DNA of 64,000 bases from a virus. The translations under genes were made by a program, and so were the position numbers. This document shows, piece by piece, positions 8,294-18,630 of the stretch; positions within the stretch are counted from its first letter, which is position 1; each line of letters opens with the position of its first letter. Location: IMG/VR virus record IMGVR_UViG_3300050821_010487, positions 1 to 64,000 of that record. One strand, written 5' to 3'. Below the pieces are notes generated by a model, which did not search any database, was not told the DNA's origin, and worked only from the letters and a program-made list of their open reading frames with translations.

Positions 8294-9303
8294 TGACTGC
8301 ACGCGCGGGTCTCTCCGGCCCTCAGCGGCCCCGGGCGGTGACGGGACAGCCTGACACCGTCCCGCTGCTCCCGGCCGCTACAGGGCCACCAGAGGCACGC
8401 GCGGAGCCGATTCTCGCGATAGACGGCACGGGGCTGCTGGTCCGGTGCAGCCGCGCGGCACGGCATGCGGGACTCCACGGTCCTGCCGGTGAGCCCACGG
8501 GCGCGCTGATGATGTTCATCAGCTCCCTGTCCAGGAAGATCAGGCTGGTCCAGCCCAGCCACGTCGTGGTCGCCTGGGACGGCCCGGACGCCACGCTCTG
8601 GCGCCGCGGGCAGTGGCTGCCCTACAAGGCGGGGACGCCCGACGTCCACCGGCTGGGCGGCGAGCTGGACAACGCCATGGAGTTCTGCGGCGCGGCCGGG
8701 ATCTACCAGCTCTGCTTCCACGGGTTCGAGGCCGACGACGTCCTGGCCGCGATCAGCCGGGCGGCGATGAACATGCCGGAGCACCCGCTGCTGATCGCCT
8801 CCGACGACCAGGACCTCCACCAGCTCGCCGATGAGTATCCCCATCACAGCGTGGTGATCACCGGGCTCACCAAGGACCACCTCATCACCGAAGACGACGT
8901 CCGGCAGCAGTGGGGCACGTCCGGTTGGGCTCTTCCCCGGCTCCGTGCGCTCGCGGGAGACGCCAGCGACAACATCCCGGGGCTGCCGGGAGTGGGCCCG
9001 GCCAAGGCACTCAAGATGATGACGCGGGCGCACTGGAGCTGGCCGCCGTGCGAAGTGGTCATAAAAGATCCAGAACAGCGCAGATTGGCTGTAATCTGGC
9101 GGAACGTCATGGACCTTGTCATTCCTGTCAGGCCCCTGGAGGAGACTACTGGGGCGGAGATGTTCCGGCCGTTCCGGGAGCTGTCCCGATGGGACCCAGA
9201 TTCCGGGCAGAACGCCCTGGAGCTGCTGGACAGGTACGGAATGACACAGATCGCTCAGCTACTGCGGAAGGGAGGCCTCTGGAAGCCGGCGGAAGGTGCT
9301 TGA
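8293..9303 (+). CDS. 5'-3' exonuclease (FEN1/PolI N-terminal family)
   Basis: AIDGTGLL.R, VVAWDG, FEADDVLA, SDDQDL.QL and LAGDASDNIPGLPGVG. Confidence 0.92.
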   Translation: MTARAGLSGPQRPRAVTGQPDTVPLLPAATGPPEARAEPILAIDGTGLLVRCSRAARHAGLHGPAGEPTGALMMFISSLSRKIRLVQPSHVVVAWDGPDATLWRRGQWLPYKAGTPDVHRLGGELDNAMEFCGAAGIYQLCFHGFEADDVLAAISRAAMNMPEHPLLIASDDQDLHQLADEYPHHSVVITGLTKDHLITEDDVRQQWGTSGWALPRLRALAGDASDNIPGLPGVGPAKALKMMTRAHWSWPPCEVVIKDPEQRRLAVIWRNVMDLVIPVRPLEETTGAEMFRPFRELSRWDPDSGQNALELLDRYGMTQIAQLLRKGGLWKPAEGA

Positions 9304-9760
9304 CCGCTGGCATCCCCTGGATTTAGCCTCTGAGTCCCGAGCTGTTCCCCGGGCCATCGGCGCAGCTCAGACCTCAGGTCACGTCACTACGATCCTCAAC
9401 TCGGAAGGTGGCCACATCGTGGTTTTGTCAACCCTTCTTCCACCCGCCGCACCTGTCACGGATTCCGGCTCCAGCGAGCCCCCTGTCACCCGGGAATCGC
9501 TCGGTAACTACGTCCTGGAGTCAATCCGGAAGTGCAACGGGCCTCAGCTCCCGTGCTTTAACGAGCCTCAGATCCTCGACGGATTCTGGATGCGTTTCGG
9601 CGAATCCGGAATGGAGATCGCCAGGCAGGCATTCGGGGTGCACCGCGGAATGTGGTGTGGTGCTCCTGTCACTATCCAGCGCTTCCAGGCGCACCACGAC
9701 GACTTCTTCGCCACCCCGCTGCTGGACGAGGTCAGGGGTGCCCGGGGCAACAGCGAGTAG
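9296..9760 (+). CDS. Hypothetical protein (start uncertain)
   Basis: Fills the gap between the exonuclease and primase genes in the same operon. Confidence 0.55.
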   Translation: MLDRWHPLDLASESRAVPRAIGAAQTSGHVTTILNSEGGHIVVLSTLLPPAAPVTDSGSSEPPVTRESLGNYVLESIRKCNGPQLPCFNEPQILDGFWMRFGESGMEIARQAFGVHRGMWCGAPVTIQRFQAHHDDFFATPLLDEVRGARGNSE

Positions 9761-9768
9761 GGGGGAAC

Positions 9769-12252
9769 ATGGCTGAAAATGACGAGTCCCCCTCGCCTGC
9801 CGCCGAGAGGGACCCTGACACCGCTAATAGCTCTGGCTCCGAGGTTACCGGGCCGTTCCCGGGGGTGCAAGAACTCCCGAGCCTCCCCGCCAACCTGCTC
9901 AACTCCGAGGAGGACGCCCGGCGCTCGGAGCTGTGCGCGGCGGCCGTCGGCTACGCCGCGCACGGCTGGCACGTGGTCCCGGTCCGCTGGATCGACCAGG
10001 ACGGCCACTGCTCGTGCGAGAACGGAGCGGAATGCGCGTCGCCGGGTAAGCACCCGGTTTACAAGGACTGGCCGCATGTCGCTTCCTGCGACCGTGAAGA
10101 GGTTGCTTCGTGGTGGCGCCCGGAACCCGAGGGCCTTGCCACCAACTGGTTCCCGTTCGCCAACATCGGCATTGTCACCGGCCGCAGCTCGGGGATCTTC
10201 GTCGTAGACGTGGACACCTACAACGGCGGCGACCAGACCATGGGTGGCTACGAGCGCCGCCACTCGGCGATCCCCGAGACCCGGGTGCATTACACCTCGC
10301 GCGGAGGGAAGCACTTCTTCTTCAAGCACCCGGGGTTCGACATCCGCAACTCGGCGGCGAAAGTCCTCGGCACGGGCCTGGATATCCGGGGCGAGAACGG
10401 CTTCGTGGTCGCGCCGCCGTCGATCGGCACGGGCGGCCCGTACACGCTGAACCCGGCCCACGACATCGCGCCGGCCGACGCGCCCGCGTGGCTGATCGAC
10501 CTGCTCCGCTCCTACGACAGGGACCAGGCCGGGGCTACGACCGCCGCCACCGAGCCCACCAAGGTGACCGGCGCCGCGCGCAAGTACGCCGAGGCGGCCC
10601 TGGCGTCCGAGGCCCAGGCGATGCGCGACGCTGAACCGGGCACCCGCAACGACACGCTGAACCGGTGCGCCTACACCCTGGGCACCCTCGCCGGCGCCGG
10701 GCTGCTGACCGAGGACGCCGCCTGGGAGGCGCTGCATGCTGCCGCCCTGGCGGCCGGGCTGTCTGAGATCGAGATCCGCGGCACGTTCCTGTCCGGCTGG
10801 CGCTCAGGCCTGCAGAACCCCCGGTCCGTTCAGTGGCAGGTGATGGCCACCGACTGGCCTATCCGGCCGCGGACCGAGTTCGGCCTGGCGGACCGCCTCG
10901 CCGACCACTTTTCCGACCAGGTCCGGTACTGCCCGGAGCGGGACACCTGGCTGGTCTACCGCAACGGCGTCTGGATCGAGGGCAGCAAGAGAGCCGGGCA
11001 GTGGTTCGCGCAGGCGATGATCCGCAGCCTGGAGTTCACCGAGGCCGAGGCCTACGACGATGATCAGATCGTCCTGCCCAGCGGCGACGTCACCGACAGC
11101 TCGCCGCGGAAGGAGTTCATCGAGTGGGCCGCCAAGCAGCAGACCTCGAAAGCGGTCAACGCTGCCGCGAACCTGGCGATGGGCCTGCAGATCATGCAGA
11201 TGCCCCTGCAAAGCTTCGACGCCGACCCGCTGATGCTCAACTGCCGCAACGGCGTGGTGAATCTGTCCACCGGGGAGCTGATGCCCCACGACCCCGAGCA
11301 GAGGATGACACTGCAGTGCGCGGCGAGCTACTACCCCGGCGAGCCGGCGCCGAAGTTCCAGGAGTTCCTGCACCGGGTCCAGCCGGACCCGGAGATGCGG
11401 GCGTACCTGCAGCGGATGTCGGGCTACGACCTCACCGGCCTGACCGGCGAGCAGGTGTTCTTCCTGCACCAGGGCAAGGGCGCCAACGGCAAGAGCGTCT
11501 TCGAGGGGGTGCTCGGGCACGTGCTCGGGACCTACGCCCAGACGATGCCGGTGGAGACTCTGACCGCTTCCTCGGTGGATGGCCGCATCCCCAACGACGT
11601 GGCCAGGATGGCGGGCAAGCGGTACCTGTCGGCCAGCGAGACCAAGGCCGGCAAGGCGCTGGACGAGCAGAAGCTGAAGCAGCTCACCGGGGGCGACAGC
11701 GTCACTGCCCGGTACATGCGCGGTGAGTGGTTCGAGTTCCGCCCGGTCGGCAAGCTGCACCTGACGACCAACCACCTGCCCCGGATGAGTGACGACGCCG
11801 CCACCTGGCGCCGCATCCACCTGGTGCCCTGGAGCGTGGTCATTCCCGAGGAGGAGCGGGACGGGTACCTGCAAGACACCCTGATCCGCGACGAGTCCGA
11901 CGGCATCCTGGCCTGGATGATCGAGGGCGCCATCGCCTGGCGTGCCGAGGGCCTCAGCCCGCCCCAGGCGGTCAAGGCCGCGCTCGCGCAGTACCGCGAG
12001 GAGGAGGACGTCGTCGCCCAGTTCGTCAGCGACTGCCTGCAAGAGGTGCCCCCGGAGAACAAGGCGATCGGCCGCGAGACGGTGGCGATCTACCACGCCT
12101 ACCGCGCCTGGGCCGCGCAGGAGGGCCACCCGGTGAACACCCAGAAGTGGCTGACCACCAGGCTCAAGAAAACCTACGAGTACGCCAACGTCGGCGGCTG
12201 GCGTGGTTTCCCGGGGCTCCAGACGAACATGCCGGGCACAGGAGGCTCCTGA
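9769..12252 (+). CDS. Bifunctional primase-polymerase fused to D5/P4-type SF3 helicase
   Basis: Prim-Pol motifs GKHP, NIGIVTG..SGIFVVDVD, T..GG.H.FF, GLDIRG..GFVVAPPS; D5_N; GKGANGKS Walker A; LKQLTGGD...AR. RBS GGGGG before ATG 9769. Confidence 0.93.
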   Translation: MAENDESPSPAAERDPDTANSSGSEVTGPFPGVQELPSLPANLLNSEEDARRSELCAAAVGYAAHGWHVVPVRWIDQDGHCSCENGAECASPGKHPVYKDWPHVASCDREEVASWWRPEPEGLATNWFPFANIGIVTGRSSGIFVVDVDTYNGGDQTMGGYERRHSAIPETRVHYTSRGGKHFFFKHPGFDIRNSAAKVLGTGLDIRGENGFVVAPPSIGTGGPYTLNPAHDIAPADAPAWLIDLLRSYDRDQAGATTAATEPTKVTGAARKYAEAALASEAQAMRDAEPGTRNDTLNRCAYTLGTLAGAGLLTEDAAWEALHAAALAAGLSEIEIRGTFLSGWRSGLQNPRSVQWQVMATDWPIRPRTEFGLADRLADHFSDQVRYCPERDTWLVYRNGVWIEGSKRAGQWFAQAMIRSLEFTEAEAYDDDQIVLPSGDVTDSSPRKEFIEWAAKQQTSKAVNAAANLAMGLQIMQMPLQSFDADPLMLNCRNGVVNLSTGELMPHDPEQRMTLQCAASYYPGEPAPKFQEFLHRVQPDPEMRAYLQRMSGYDLTGLTGEQVFFLHQGKGANGKSVFEGVLGHVLGTYAQTMPVETLTASSVDGRIPNDVARMAGKRYLSASETKAGKALDEQKLKQLTGGDSVTARYMRGEWFEFRPVGKLHLTTNHLPRMSDDAATWRRIHLVPWSVVIPEEERDGYLQDTLIRDESDGILAWMIEGAIAWRAEGLSPPQAVKAALAQYREEEDVVAQFVSDCLQEVPPENKAIGRETVAIYHAYRAWAAQEGHPVNTQKWLTTRLKKTYEYANVGGWRGFPGLQTNMPGTGGS

Positions 12253-12262
12253 ACAGCCGTTC

Positions 12263-12363
12263 AGTGCGCATCTTGAGGGCCAGTGCGCATCGAGTGCGGA
12301 TTAAAGTGCGGAAGATATTTTCGGTTTTCACCGGATGAGCAGCCGATAGTGCGCAAGTGCGCA
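12263..12363 (+). repeat. Six 8-bp direct repeats AGTGCG[C/G]A around an AT-rich core; candidate replication origin
   Basis: Copies at 12263, 12282, 12293, 12305, 12348 and 12356; core AGATATTTTCGGTTTTCA; immediately after the primase-helicase gene. Confidence 0.65.
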
Positions 12364-12404
12364 TCGAGCTGCTCTCCGGGCTGTTCTGGATTTTTGGAGG
12401 CAGG

Positions 12405-12644
12405 ATGACCGCCGCGGAGCCCCAGCCGTTCGATCCGGAGCACCTATGCCCGAAATGCGGTGCGGAAGGCGGTCACCCGGTCCATCATGAACGGCCTGTC
12501 CTGCTGGTGTTCGGCGGCGATCAGTGGCCGTGTTCCTTCCGGGATGACGCGCTAGGTGAGCATTTGTGCGTCATGTGCGGAGGGTGCGGCTTCCGGTGGA
12601 TTGAGACCGTTTCGCCGGGAATAGGCGGCCTTCTGGGAACCTGA
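12405..12644 (+). CDS. Small Zn-ribbon protein
   Basis: GGAGG RBS; CPKC...C..CGF.W. Confidence 0.65.
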   Translation: MTAAEPQPFDPEHLCPKCGAEGGHPVHHERPVLLVFGGDQWPCSFRDDALGEHLCVMCGGCGFRWIETVSPGIGGLLGT

Positions 12645-12692
12645 CCGCCCAGAATGTACGATTAGCAAGAAACCCGACTCTAGGAGGACGGC

Positions 12693-12848
12693 GTGGGCAT
12701 CCGCAAATACGGCACCGCCGACGGCGACGTGACCGGCGTCGAGCAGGACGGCATCACCCGGGAGGCGGCCAAGCCCGCCTGGGGCGAGGATGACGACCTT
12801 GAGCTGGCCGCCGAGAACGAGGCTGACAGGCTCCGGGGCGATGCCTGA
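12693..12848 (+). CDS. 51-aa acidic hypothetical protein (not in ORF track)
   Basis: AGGAGG RBS, GTG start, MGIRKYGTADGDVTGVEQ...; its stop overlaps the next ATG (ATGCCTGA). Confidence 0.7.
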   Translation: MGIRKYGTADGDVTGVEQDGITREAAKPAWGEDDDLELAAENEADRLRGDA

Positions 12849-13920
12849 AGAGCCGTTCAAGTACCGCAACCCCGACGGGTCGCTGGACCTGGACGCCGCG
12901 CTCGGCGAGGATCACGTCAAGCACTACACGACGATGCTGGAGGCCTCCCCGCGCGAGTTCACGGCCATGCAGCTCGCCGCGGGCGTGGTCCCGGACGGCG
13001 ATACCGCGTACTCCTGGCGGGAGCCAGCCACCACGGTGTTCCCGCCGTCGTGGGCTCTGGTGGACGGCTACGAGCTGGACACCCTCGGCTCCGGCCCGGA
13101 GTCCTGCTCCTCGTCGGTGTTCCTGGTGCTGCTGCCCGAGATCATCTGGGACGTCTGCGGCTACTACCGCACGCTGGGCTTCCACTGGACCGAGTTCCGG
13201 CAGGCCACGGCCCGCGACATCCGGCTGCACTACCTGACGGTGGACCCCCGCCAGGAGGACACCGAGGCGTTCTACGCCTGCCAGCAGCTCCTCGACCCGG
13301 ACATCCGCTACACCTACGACCGGCAGCCCCTGGGCGGCCTGTTCTTCGGCGACCGCAACGTCCGGCTGATGCTGGAGCGCATGGCGGCCCGGGAGGCGTC
13401 CCGGATCAACGCCGAGGCCCACGCCGAAGGCTGCTACGAGGACGAGCCGGTCACCCAGCAGGACGTCCTGGACAAGTGGGGGCTTGACAAGTCGGGAGTG
13501 GGCGCGGCCGAGGCCAAGGAGCGGCTGCGCCGGCAGCGCTCGGCGCCTGAGCCTGGCGACGGCCCCAGCTCGGTCCTGGGAGCCTCCCTGAGCCGCTGGG
13601 ACCGGCGCTGGATTCACTACCGCCTGACGGCCCCCGGCAGCTCCTACTGGGCCAGGGAGACGCCGTCAGCGGCTGTCCTGGAGACCTGGCAGGCGCTGCT
13701 CTGCGCCGTTTTGTCAGACCGTGGCGTTACCGTTCAGTTCGCGGTCGGGATCTGGCCCGGCCCGGGACCCAAGGTGTGGCGCGATAGCAATAATTCCTGT
13801 ATCTTCTTCGTAGTCAACAGTGGGCAACCTACCCGACAGATGGCATATGAGGCCGTAGAGGGGTTCCTGGCCCAGAAGCGACAACCGGAAGGAAACATCG
13901 TTCATGCCAAACTGGAGTGA
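12841..13920 (+). CDS. DnaJ-like (J-domain-like) protein
   Basis: YYRTLG...AT..DIR..YL...QLLDPDIR..YDR J-domain ends; the HPD motif is absent. Confidence 0.6.
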   Translation: MPEEPFKYRNPDGSLDLDAALGEDHVKHYTTMLEASPREFTAMQLAAGVVPDGDTAYSWREPATTVFPPSWALVDGYELDTLGSGPESCSSSVFLVLLPEIIWDVCGYYRTLGFHWTEFRQATARDIRLHYLTVDPRQEDTEAFYACQQLLDPDIRYTYDRQPLGGLFFGDRNVRLMLERMAAREASRINAEAHAEGCYEDEPVTQQDVLDKWGLDKSGVGAAEAKERLRRQRSAPEPGDGPSSVLGASLSRWDRRWIHYRLTAPGSSYWARETPSAAVLETWQALLCAVLSDRGVTVQFAVGIWPGPGPKVWRDSNNSCIFFVVNSGQPTRQMAYEAVEGFLAQKRQPEGNIVHAKLE

Positions 13921-14926
13921 AGGCGACGAGGCAGCAGAAGTCCTAGCGGAGGAGGCCGCCAAGCGGCGGGGCTCGGGCCGGTTCAGGGTCCAGACGCTCT
14001 CGATCGCGAAGGGTGCCGACTTCGTCTTCCGCCCCTACACCGACCGGAAGGGCCGCATCGTGGTCCCCGCCGGCGACGGGGCCCCCGCAGTCACCCACCC
14101 CGGCTGGATCTCGGTGGATGCCCATCAGTTCATCCCGACCAAGGACCAGCCGGCGGAGTACACCGGGGACAAGTGGCCGCAGAAGATGTGGGCCATCTGC
14201 CCCAACGACCGGATGTTCCGGGTGCGCGAGGGCGATGAGCTGACCGACAGCTACGAGCCCGGCTACGGCAACTGCTACCTCCACACCGCACTAGCGGGCC
14301 AGAAGGACGCCCGCTACGGCTATGACCTCAGCATCCCCAGCGCGCAGGTGATCGGCCTGGCGGTGCTGCGGGAGGCAGTACACGGGGACTCCGCCAACCC
14401 GAAGAAGGTCACTGCGTTCACGGACAAGACCGTCGAGTGGTACGACAGCGAAGGCAACATGACTAAGATCCCGCACTTCGTGATCTTCAGTCAGCGGTAC
14501 GACAAGTTCTGGGCCGCAATCGCTGCTGCCGGGTACATGGACCAGACGGCCTGCAACAAGGACTTCTGGGTCCGGCGCGGTCCCGACGACAAGTCGAAGA
14601 TCGAAGTCAGCTCGATCAACATGGACCCGTCGTTCGTGCCCGGGACCGACCGGTGGAAGGCCATGTACGACGAGACCCTGAAGCTGATCGGTTTCGACCT
14701 CCGGGAGTGGGTGCTGGATCACGCCAGGCTGGACCACTACAAGCGGTGGTTCATCCCCGGGGCGGTTCCCGAGGGCGGCTACGACCGGCGCGACAAGGAC
14801 GGTACCGCCGCCACCGAGGGCAGCGATTCGGGCGGTGTCCCCGCCAACGGGACCCCGGTCGCTTCCGGCATCGACCAGGACAAGATGAACGAGTTCGCCG
14901 CTTCCCTGGCAACCCGCGGCAGCTAA
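13904..14926 (+). CDS. Probable phage ssDNA-binding protein
   Basis: Position before dnaE, size and low-complexity polar C-terminal tail; inferred from context. Confidence 0.45.
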   Translation: MPNWSEGDEAAEVLAEEAAKRRGSGRFRVQTLSIAKGADFVFRPYTDRKGRIVVPAGDGAPAVTHPGWISVDAHQFIPTKDQPAEYTGDKWPQKMWAICPNDRMFRVREGDELTDSYEPGYGNCYLHTALAGQKDARYGYDLSIPSAQVIGLAVLREAVHGDSANPKKVTAFTDKTVEWYDSEGNMTKIPHFVIFSQRYDKFWAAIAAAGYMDQTACNKDFWVRRGPDDKSKIEVSSINMDPSFVPGTDRWKAMYDETLKLIGFDLREWVLDHARLDHYKRWFIPGAVPEGGYDRRDKDGTAATEGSDSGGVPANGTPVASGIDQDKMNEFAASLATRGS

Positions 14927-15031
14927 GCCCCGCCCGCCGCTCTGAGACCGTCGGGCCGCGCCCCGGGTGAGAACCCCGGGGCCGGCCCGGCTCCCAAAAC
15001 CACCTCGTGATCCTCAAGGGGCTTACCCACC

Positions 15032-18000
15032 GTGGGCGGATTCGTACACCTGCACAACCACACCGAGTACTCAGCGCTGGACGGCCTGTCCACGTGCGCC
15101 GAGGCGGTGGAGCAGGCTGCCGCGGACGGGCACCCGGCGCTGGCGATCACCGACCACGGGGTGTGCTCAGGCCACCCGGAACACCAGCGCGCCTGCCTGG
15201 CCGCTGGCCTCAATCCCATCTTCGGCATCGAGGCTTACTGGCGGCCCAACCGGCTGATCCGGCCCGGGGACCCCGGCGTCACCGCAACCCGGGCCGACCT
15301 GGAGCGTGGCAAGCACCTGATCCTGCTGGCCAAGAACGACAAGGGCCTGCACGACCTGTGGGCAGCCTCCACCGAAGCGAACGCTACCGGCTTCTACGGC
15401 AGGCCCCGGTTCGACTGGGAGCTGCTCGAACGCTACGGAAGCGACCTGATCGCCACCTCCTCCTGCCTCGGCGGGGTCATCTCCGGCCGGCTGCGCGAGG
15501 GGTTCCGGTCCCGGCAGCTTGACGGTGTCCTCGCTGACATCGACCGGTTCAAGGCGACCTTCCCGGGACGGTTCTACCTGGAGATCCAGGCCAACGACCT
15601 CCCCGACCAGATCCAGCTCAACCTGCTGCTGGAGCAGGTCTCCAAGGCGCTCAAGATCCCGCTGGTGGCAGCCGCCGACGCGCATTACCCCAGCGAGGAC
15701 CAGGAGGCGCTGCACAAGATCTGGATGCGCTGCCAGTCCGGCAAGGGCAAGGACGACTACTGGCACTTCTCGGCGATGCTCACCGGGGCCCGGGTGCGGG
15801 AGATCCTGCTCGGCCACGGCCTGGAGCCGGCCAGCGTCGATGCCGCGATCCGGAACACGAGCCTGATCGCTGAGCAGTGCACCGCCCGGATCAGCGGCTA
15901 CGCCGCGCCGCCCGTGTTCACCCCGGGAGGCCGGGCTTCCGACGACGCCCGCCATCTCATGGACCTGTGCAGGCAGAACTGGCACAAGGTGCCCGACACC
16001 CAGGTCTACCGCGACCGGCTGGAGCGTGAGTTCGGGCTGGTGTCCGACAAGCGCCTGGCCGGCTGCTACCTGATCGTCGCCGACATCGTGAACTGGGTCC
16101 TCGCGCAGAACATCCTGGTCGGCCCGGGGCGGGGTTCCGCTGCCGGGTCGCTGATGAGCTACCTCACCGGCATCACCTCAATCGACCCGATCCCGGCCGG
16201 GCTGCTGTTCGAGCGGTTCCTGACCCCCGGCCGCGAAGCGCTCCCGGACTTCGACCTGGACTTCCCCAGCTCGAAGCGGGAGATGATCCAGGGTCGCGTG
16301 ATCGGCAAGTACGGCGCCGACAGCGTGGTCCGGGTTGGCACCCACATGCGTTACGGCGCCCGGGGCATCCTCAACAAGCTGTTCTCCGTCCTCGAAGACG
16401 CGCTGCCCGCTGAGGCGCAGGGCGACGCCGTCCAGATCTCCCACCTGATCGAGGAGGCCGAGGCGGGCACGGCCGGCCTGGGCCTGCCCTGGGATGAGAT
16501 CGTCGCCGACCAGGCCATCACCGAGTACGTGGAGAGGTACGGCTCAATCTTCCGGCTGGCCGCGAAGCTGCAGGGCCGCCTGTATAGCTACGGGAAGCAC
16601 CCGGCCGGCCTGATCATCTCCCCCGGCCAGTCACTGCGGGGCACGATGCCGATGAAGGTGTCGGACACCAGCAACAAGGACCTGCTGGTCAGCGAGTTCG
16701 ACTACCGCGCGGCTGAGGAGCGCGGCCTGCTGAAACTGGACCTGCTGACGGTGCGCACCCTGGACACCGCGCAGTTGGCCTGCGAGCTGATCGCGAAGCG
16801 GACCGGGACGATGCCCGACCCGCGCTCCTGGAACGTCGAGCACGGCGACCCGCAGGTGTACGAGGCGATCGGCAAGGGCGCCACGCTCGGCATGTTCCAG
16901 TTCGAGACGAGCCTGTGCACGAGCTACGCGCGGCAGATCAGCCCCCGCACCCTCAGCGAACTCTCTGACCTGACCACGATCATCCGGCCGGGCCCGAGCA
17001 ACTCCGGCGCGGCCGACGCTTACGTGCGCCGGGGCCAAGGGACCGAGGACCCGGAACCACCGCACCCGGCCCTGGCTGAGCACCTGAAGCGCTCCCGCGG
17101 GCTGCTGCTCTACCAGGAGGACATCCTGATGGCCTGCCGGGTCCTGGCTGGCTACAACGACCTGGAGGCTGACGGCGTCCGGAAGATCCTCGGCAAGAAA
17201 CTGCTCGACAAGATCGCGGCGGCCGGTGAGGAGTTCACCCGGCGCTGCGTCGAGCGCGGCCACGACCGGGAGCAGATCGAGGCCCTGTGGGACAAGATGG
17301 CCGAGTTCGGCAAGTACGCCTTCAACCGGGCCCACGGCTACTCGTACGGGACCCTGTCGTACTGGACCGCCTGGCTGAAGGTGCACTACCCGGTGGAGTT
17401 CCTCACCGCGGTACTGAGCACGCTGACCGACAAGGACCGGATGGCGGACTTCGCGATGGAGGCGCGGCGGCTGGGCATCCAGGTGCTCCCTCCCGACGTC
17501 CGGACGGCGGGCGGCGAGTTCACCTACGAGGGCCTGACGATCCGGTACGGGCTCAAGTCGGTCAAGCACGTCGGCGTGGCGGCCATCTTCAAGATCGTCG
17601 CCAGCCAGCCCTACACGACCCTGGACGACTTCCGGGCGCGGTCGGGGGTGGACATCGGGATTCTGAATCACCTGGCGCGAGCGGGCGCCCTGGACGGTCT
17701 GGTGGTGTCCCGGAGGGGGCTGCTCCAGGTGGTTGGCGCCCAGCGCGACGGCTCGGCGGTCCGGTGCATCCACAAGGCCGAGCCGGGCACCGGGCCGGGC
17801 GGCCTGCCGTGCTCGTTCGCCTGGTCCGCCGAGCCGCTGCCGCCGCCGCGATTCCACAAGACCACCCGCCGGCCACTCAAGGTCATCCCGCTGGCGGTTC
17901 CGGCGCGGTGCACGGTCTCCTGCCGGCACTACACCCCACCCGAGATGGTGGACATGGACCAGGTGCCCGAGTACACCCCCGCCGAGCTGTTCAGGATGGA

Positions 18001-18397
18001 CGACGACACCTACGGCTGCTGGATGGCTCAGGCGCCGTTCGAGCAGCTCAACAAGCTCGGCCCGGGGATGCGCGGGCAGGCCCGGGAAATGGCGCTGATG
18101 GTGCTCGGCGCCCCGGCCGGCACCTACCCGATGGCGGCCGTCTACGGCGGCTACCGCAAGGCCTACACCAGGACTGGCAACGCGATGTGGCGGGTCCGGC
18201 TGGTCACCGAGGTGTCGTCGCTGAGCATGGCGTGCTTCACCCCACGGCGTGACGACGAGCCCGACGTGCCGCTGATCCTGCCCACGCTGCGGATCGGCAC
18301 CCTGGTCTCAGCTCAGGTGATCAAGCGGTCCTACACGGTCCCCGGCCGTGGCCCCCGGATGGGCTGGAACATTCACGACCTCTGGGCGGTGCGATGA
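15032..18397 (+). CDS. dnaE: DNA polymerase III alpha subunit
   Basis: PHP motifs HLHNHTEYS.LDG and AITDHG; GPGRGSAAGSL, LLFERFL, PDFDLDF, KHPAG, Y.FNRAH..SY. Confidence 0.97.
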   Translation: MGGFVHLHNHTEYSALDGLSTCAEAVEQAAADGHPALAITDHGVCSGHPEHQRACLAAGLNPIFGIEAYWRPNRLIRPGDPGVTATRADLERGKHLILLAKNDKGLHDLWAASTEANATGFYGRPRFDWELLERYGSDLIATSSCLGGVISGRLREGFRSRQLDGVLADIDRFKATFPGRFYLEIQANDLPDQIQLNLLLEQVSKALKIPLVAAADAHYPSEDQEALHKIWMRCQSGKGKDDYWHFSAMLTGARVREILLGHGLEPASVDAAIRNTSLIAEQCTARISGYAAPPVFTPGGRASDDARHLMDLCRQNWHKVPDTQVYRDRLEREFGLVSDKRLAGCYLIVADIVNWVLAQNILVGPGRGSAAGSLMSYLTGITSIDPIPAGLLFERFLTPGREALPDFDLDFPSSKREMIQGRVIGKYGADSVVRVGTHMRYGARGILNKLFSVLEDALPAEAQGDAVQISHLIEEAEAGTAGLGLPWDEIVADQAITEYVERYGSIFRLAAKLQGRLYSYGKHPAGLIISPGQSLRGTMPMKVSDTSNKDLLVSEFDYRAAEERGLLKLDLLTVRTLDTAQLACELIAKRTGTMPDPRSWNVEHGDPQVYEAIGKGATLGMFQFETSLCTSYARQISPRTLSELSDLTTIIRPGPSNSGAADAYVRRGQGTEDPEPPHPALAEHLKRSRGLLLYQEDILMACRVLAGYNDLEADGVRKILGKKLLDKIAAAGEEFTRRCVERGHDREQIEALWDKMAEFGKYAFNRAHGYSYGTLSYWTAWLKVHYPVEFLTAVLSTLTDKDRMADFAMEARRLGIQVLPPDVRTAGGEFTYEGLTIRYGLKSVKHVGVAAIFKIVASQPYTTLDDFRARSGVDIGILNHLARAGALDGLVVSRRGLLQVVGAQRDGSAVRCIHKAEPGTGPGGLPCSFAWSAEPLPPPRFHKTTRRPLKVIPLAVPARCTVSCRHYTPPEMVDMDQVPEYTPAELFRMDDDTYGCWMAQAPFEQLNKLGPGMRGQAREMALMVLGAPAGTYPMAAVYGGYRKAYTRTGNAMWRVRLVTEVSSLSMACFTPRRDDEPDVPLILPTLRIGTLVSAQVIKRSYTVPGRGPRMGWNIHDLWAVR

Positions 18398-18630
18398 CTC
18401 AGTACTGCGACTTTTCCGACCTGCCGGTGGCGTCATGCGCCCACTGCAAGGCAGGCGGCAGGGTCCTTCCCGCGGAAATCGAGATGACCGAGGCCGGCCC
18501 CGCCAGGGGGCCGTGGATCACCGCCCAGTACTCCGGCCGGTGCGTGCTCAACCGGGGCCATCAGATCAAGCCCGGCGACCAGATCCGCTCCGACGGCGAG
18601 GGGGCGTGGCTGTGCGCTTCGTGTGGATGA
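18394..18630 (+). CDS. Small Cys-rich (Zn-binding) protein
   Basis: ATGA coupling; C...CAHC...GRC...CASC. Confidence 0.65.
   Translation: MTQYCDFSDLPVASCAHCKAGGRVLPAEIEMTEAGPARGPWITAQYSGRCVLNRGHQIKPGDQIRSDGEGAWLCASCG

Noticed and set aside
14926-15031. GC-rich hairpins between the SSB-like gene and dnaE as a tRNA or riboswitch
   Set aside because: No T-loop/D-loop consensus or cloverleaf; more likely a simple terminator or stability hairpin.
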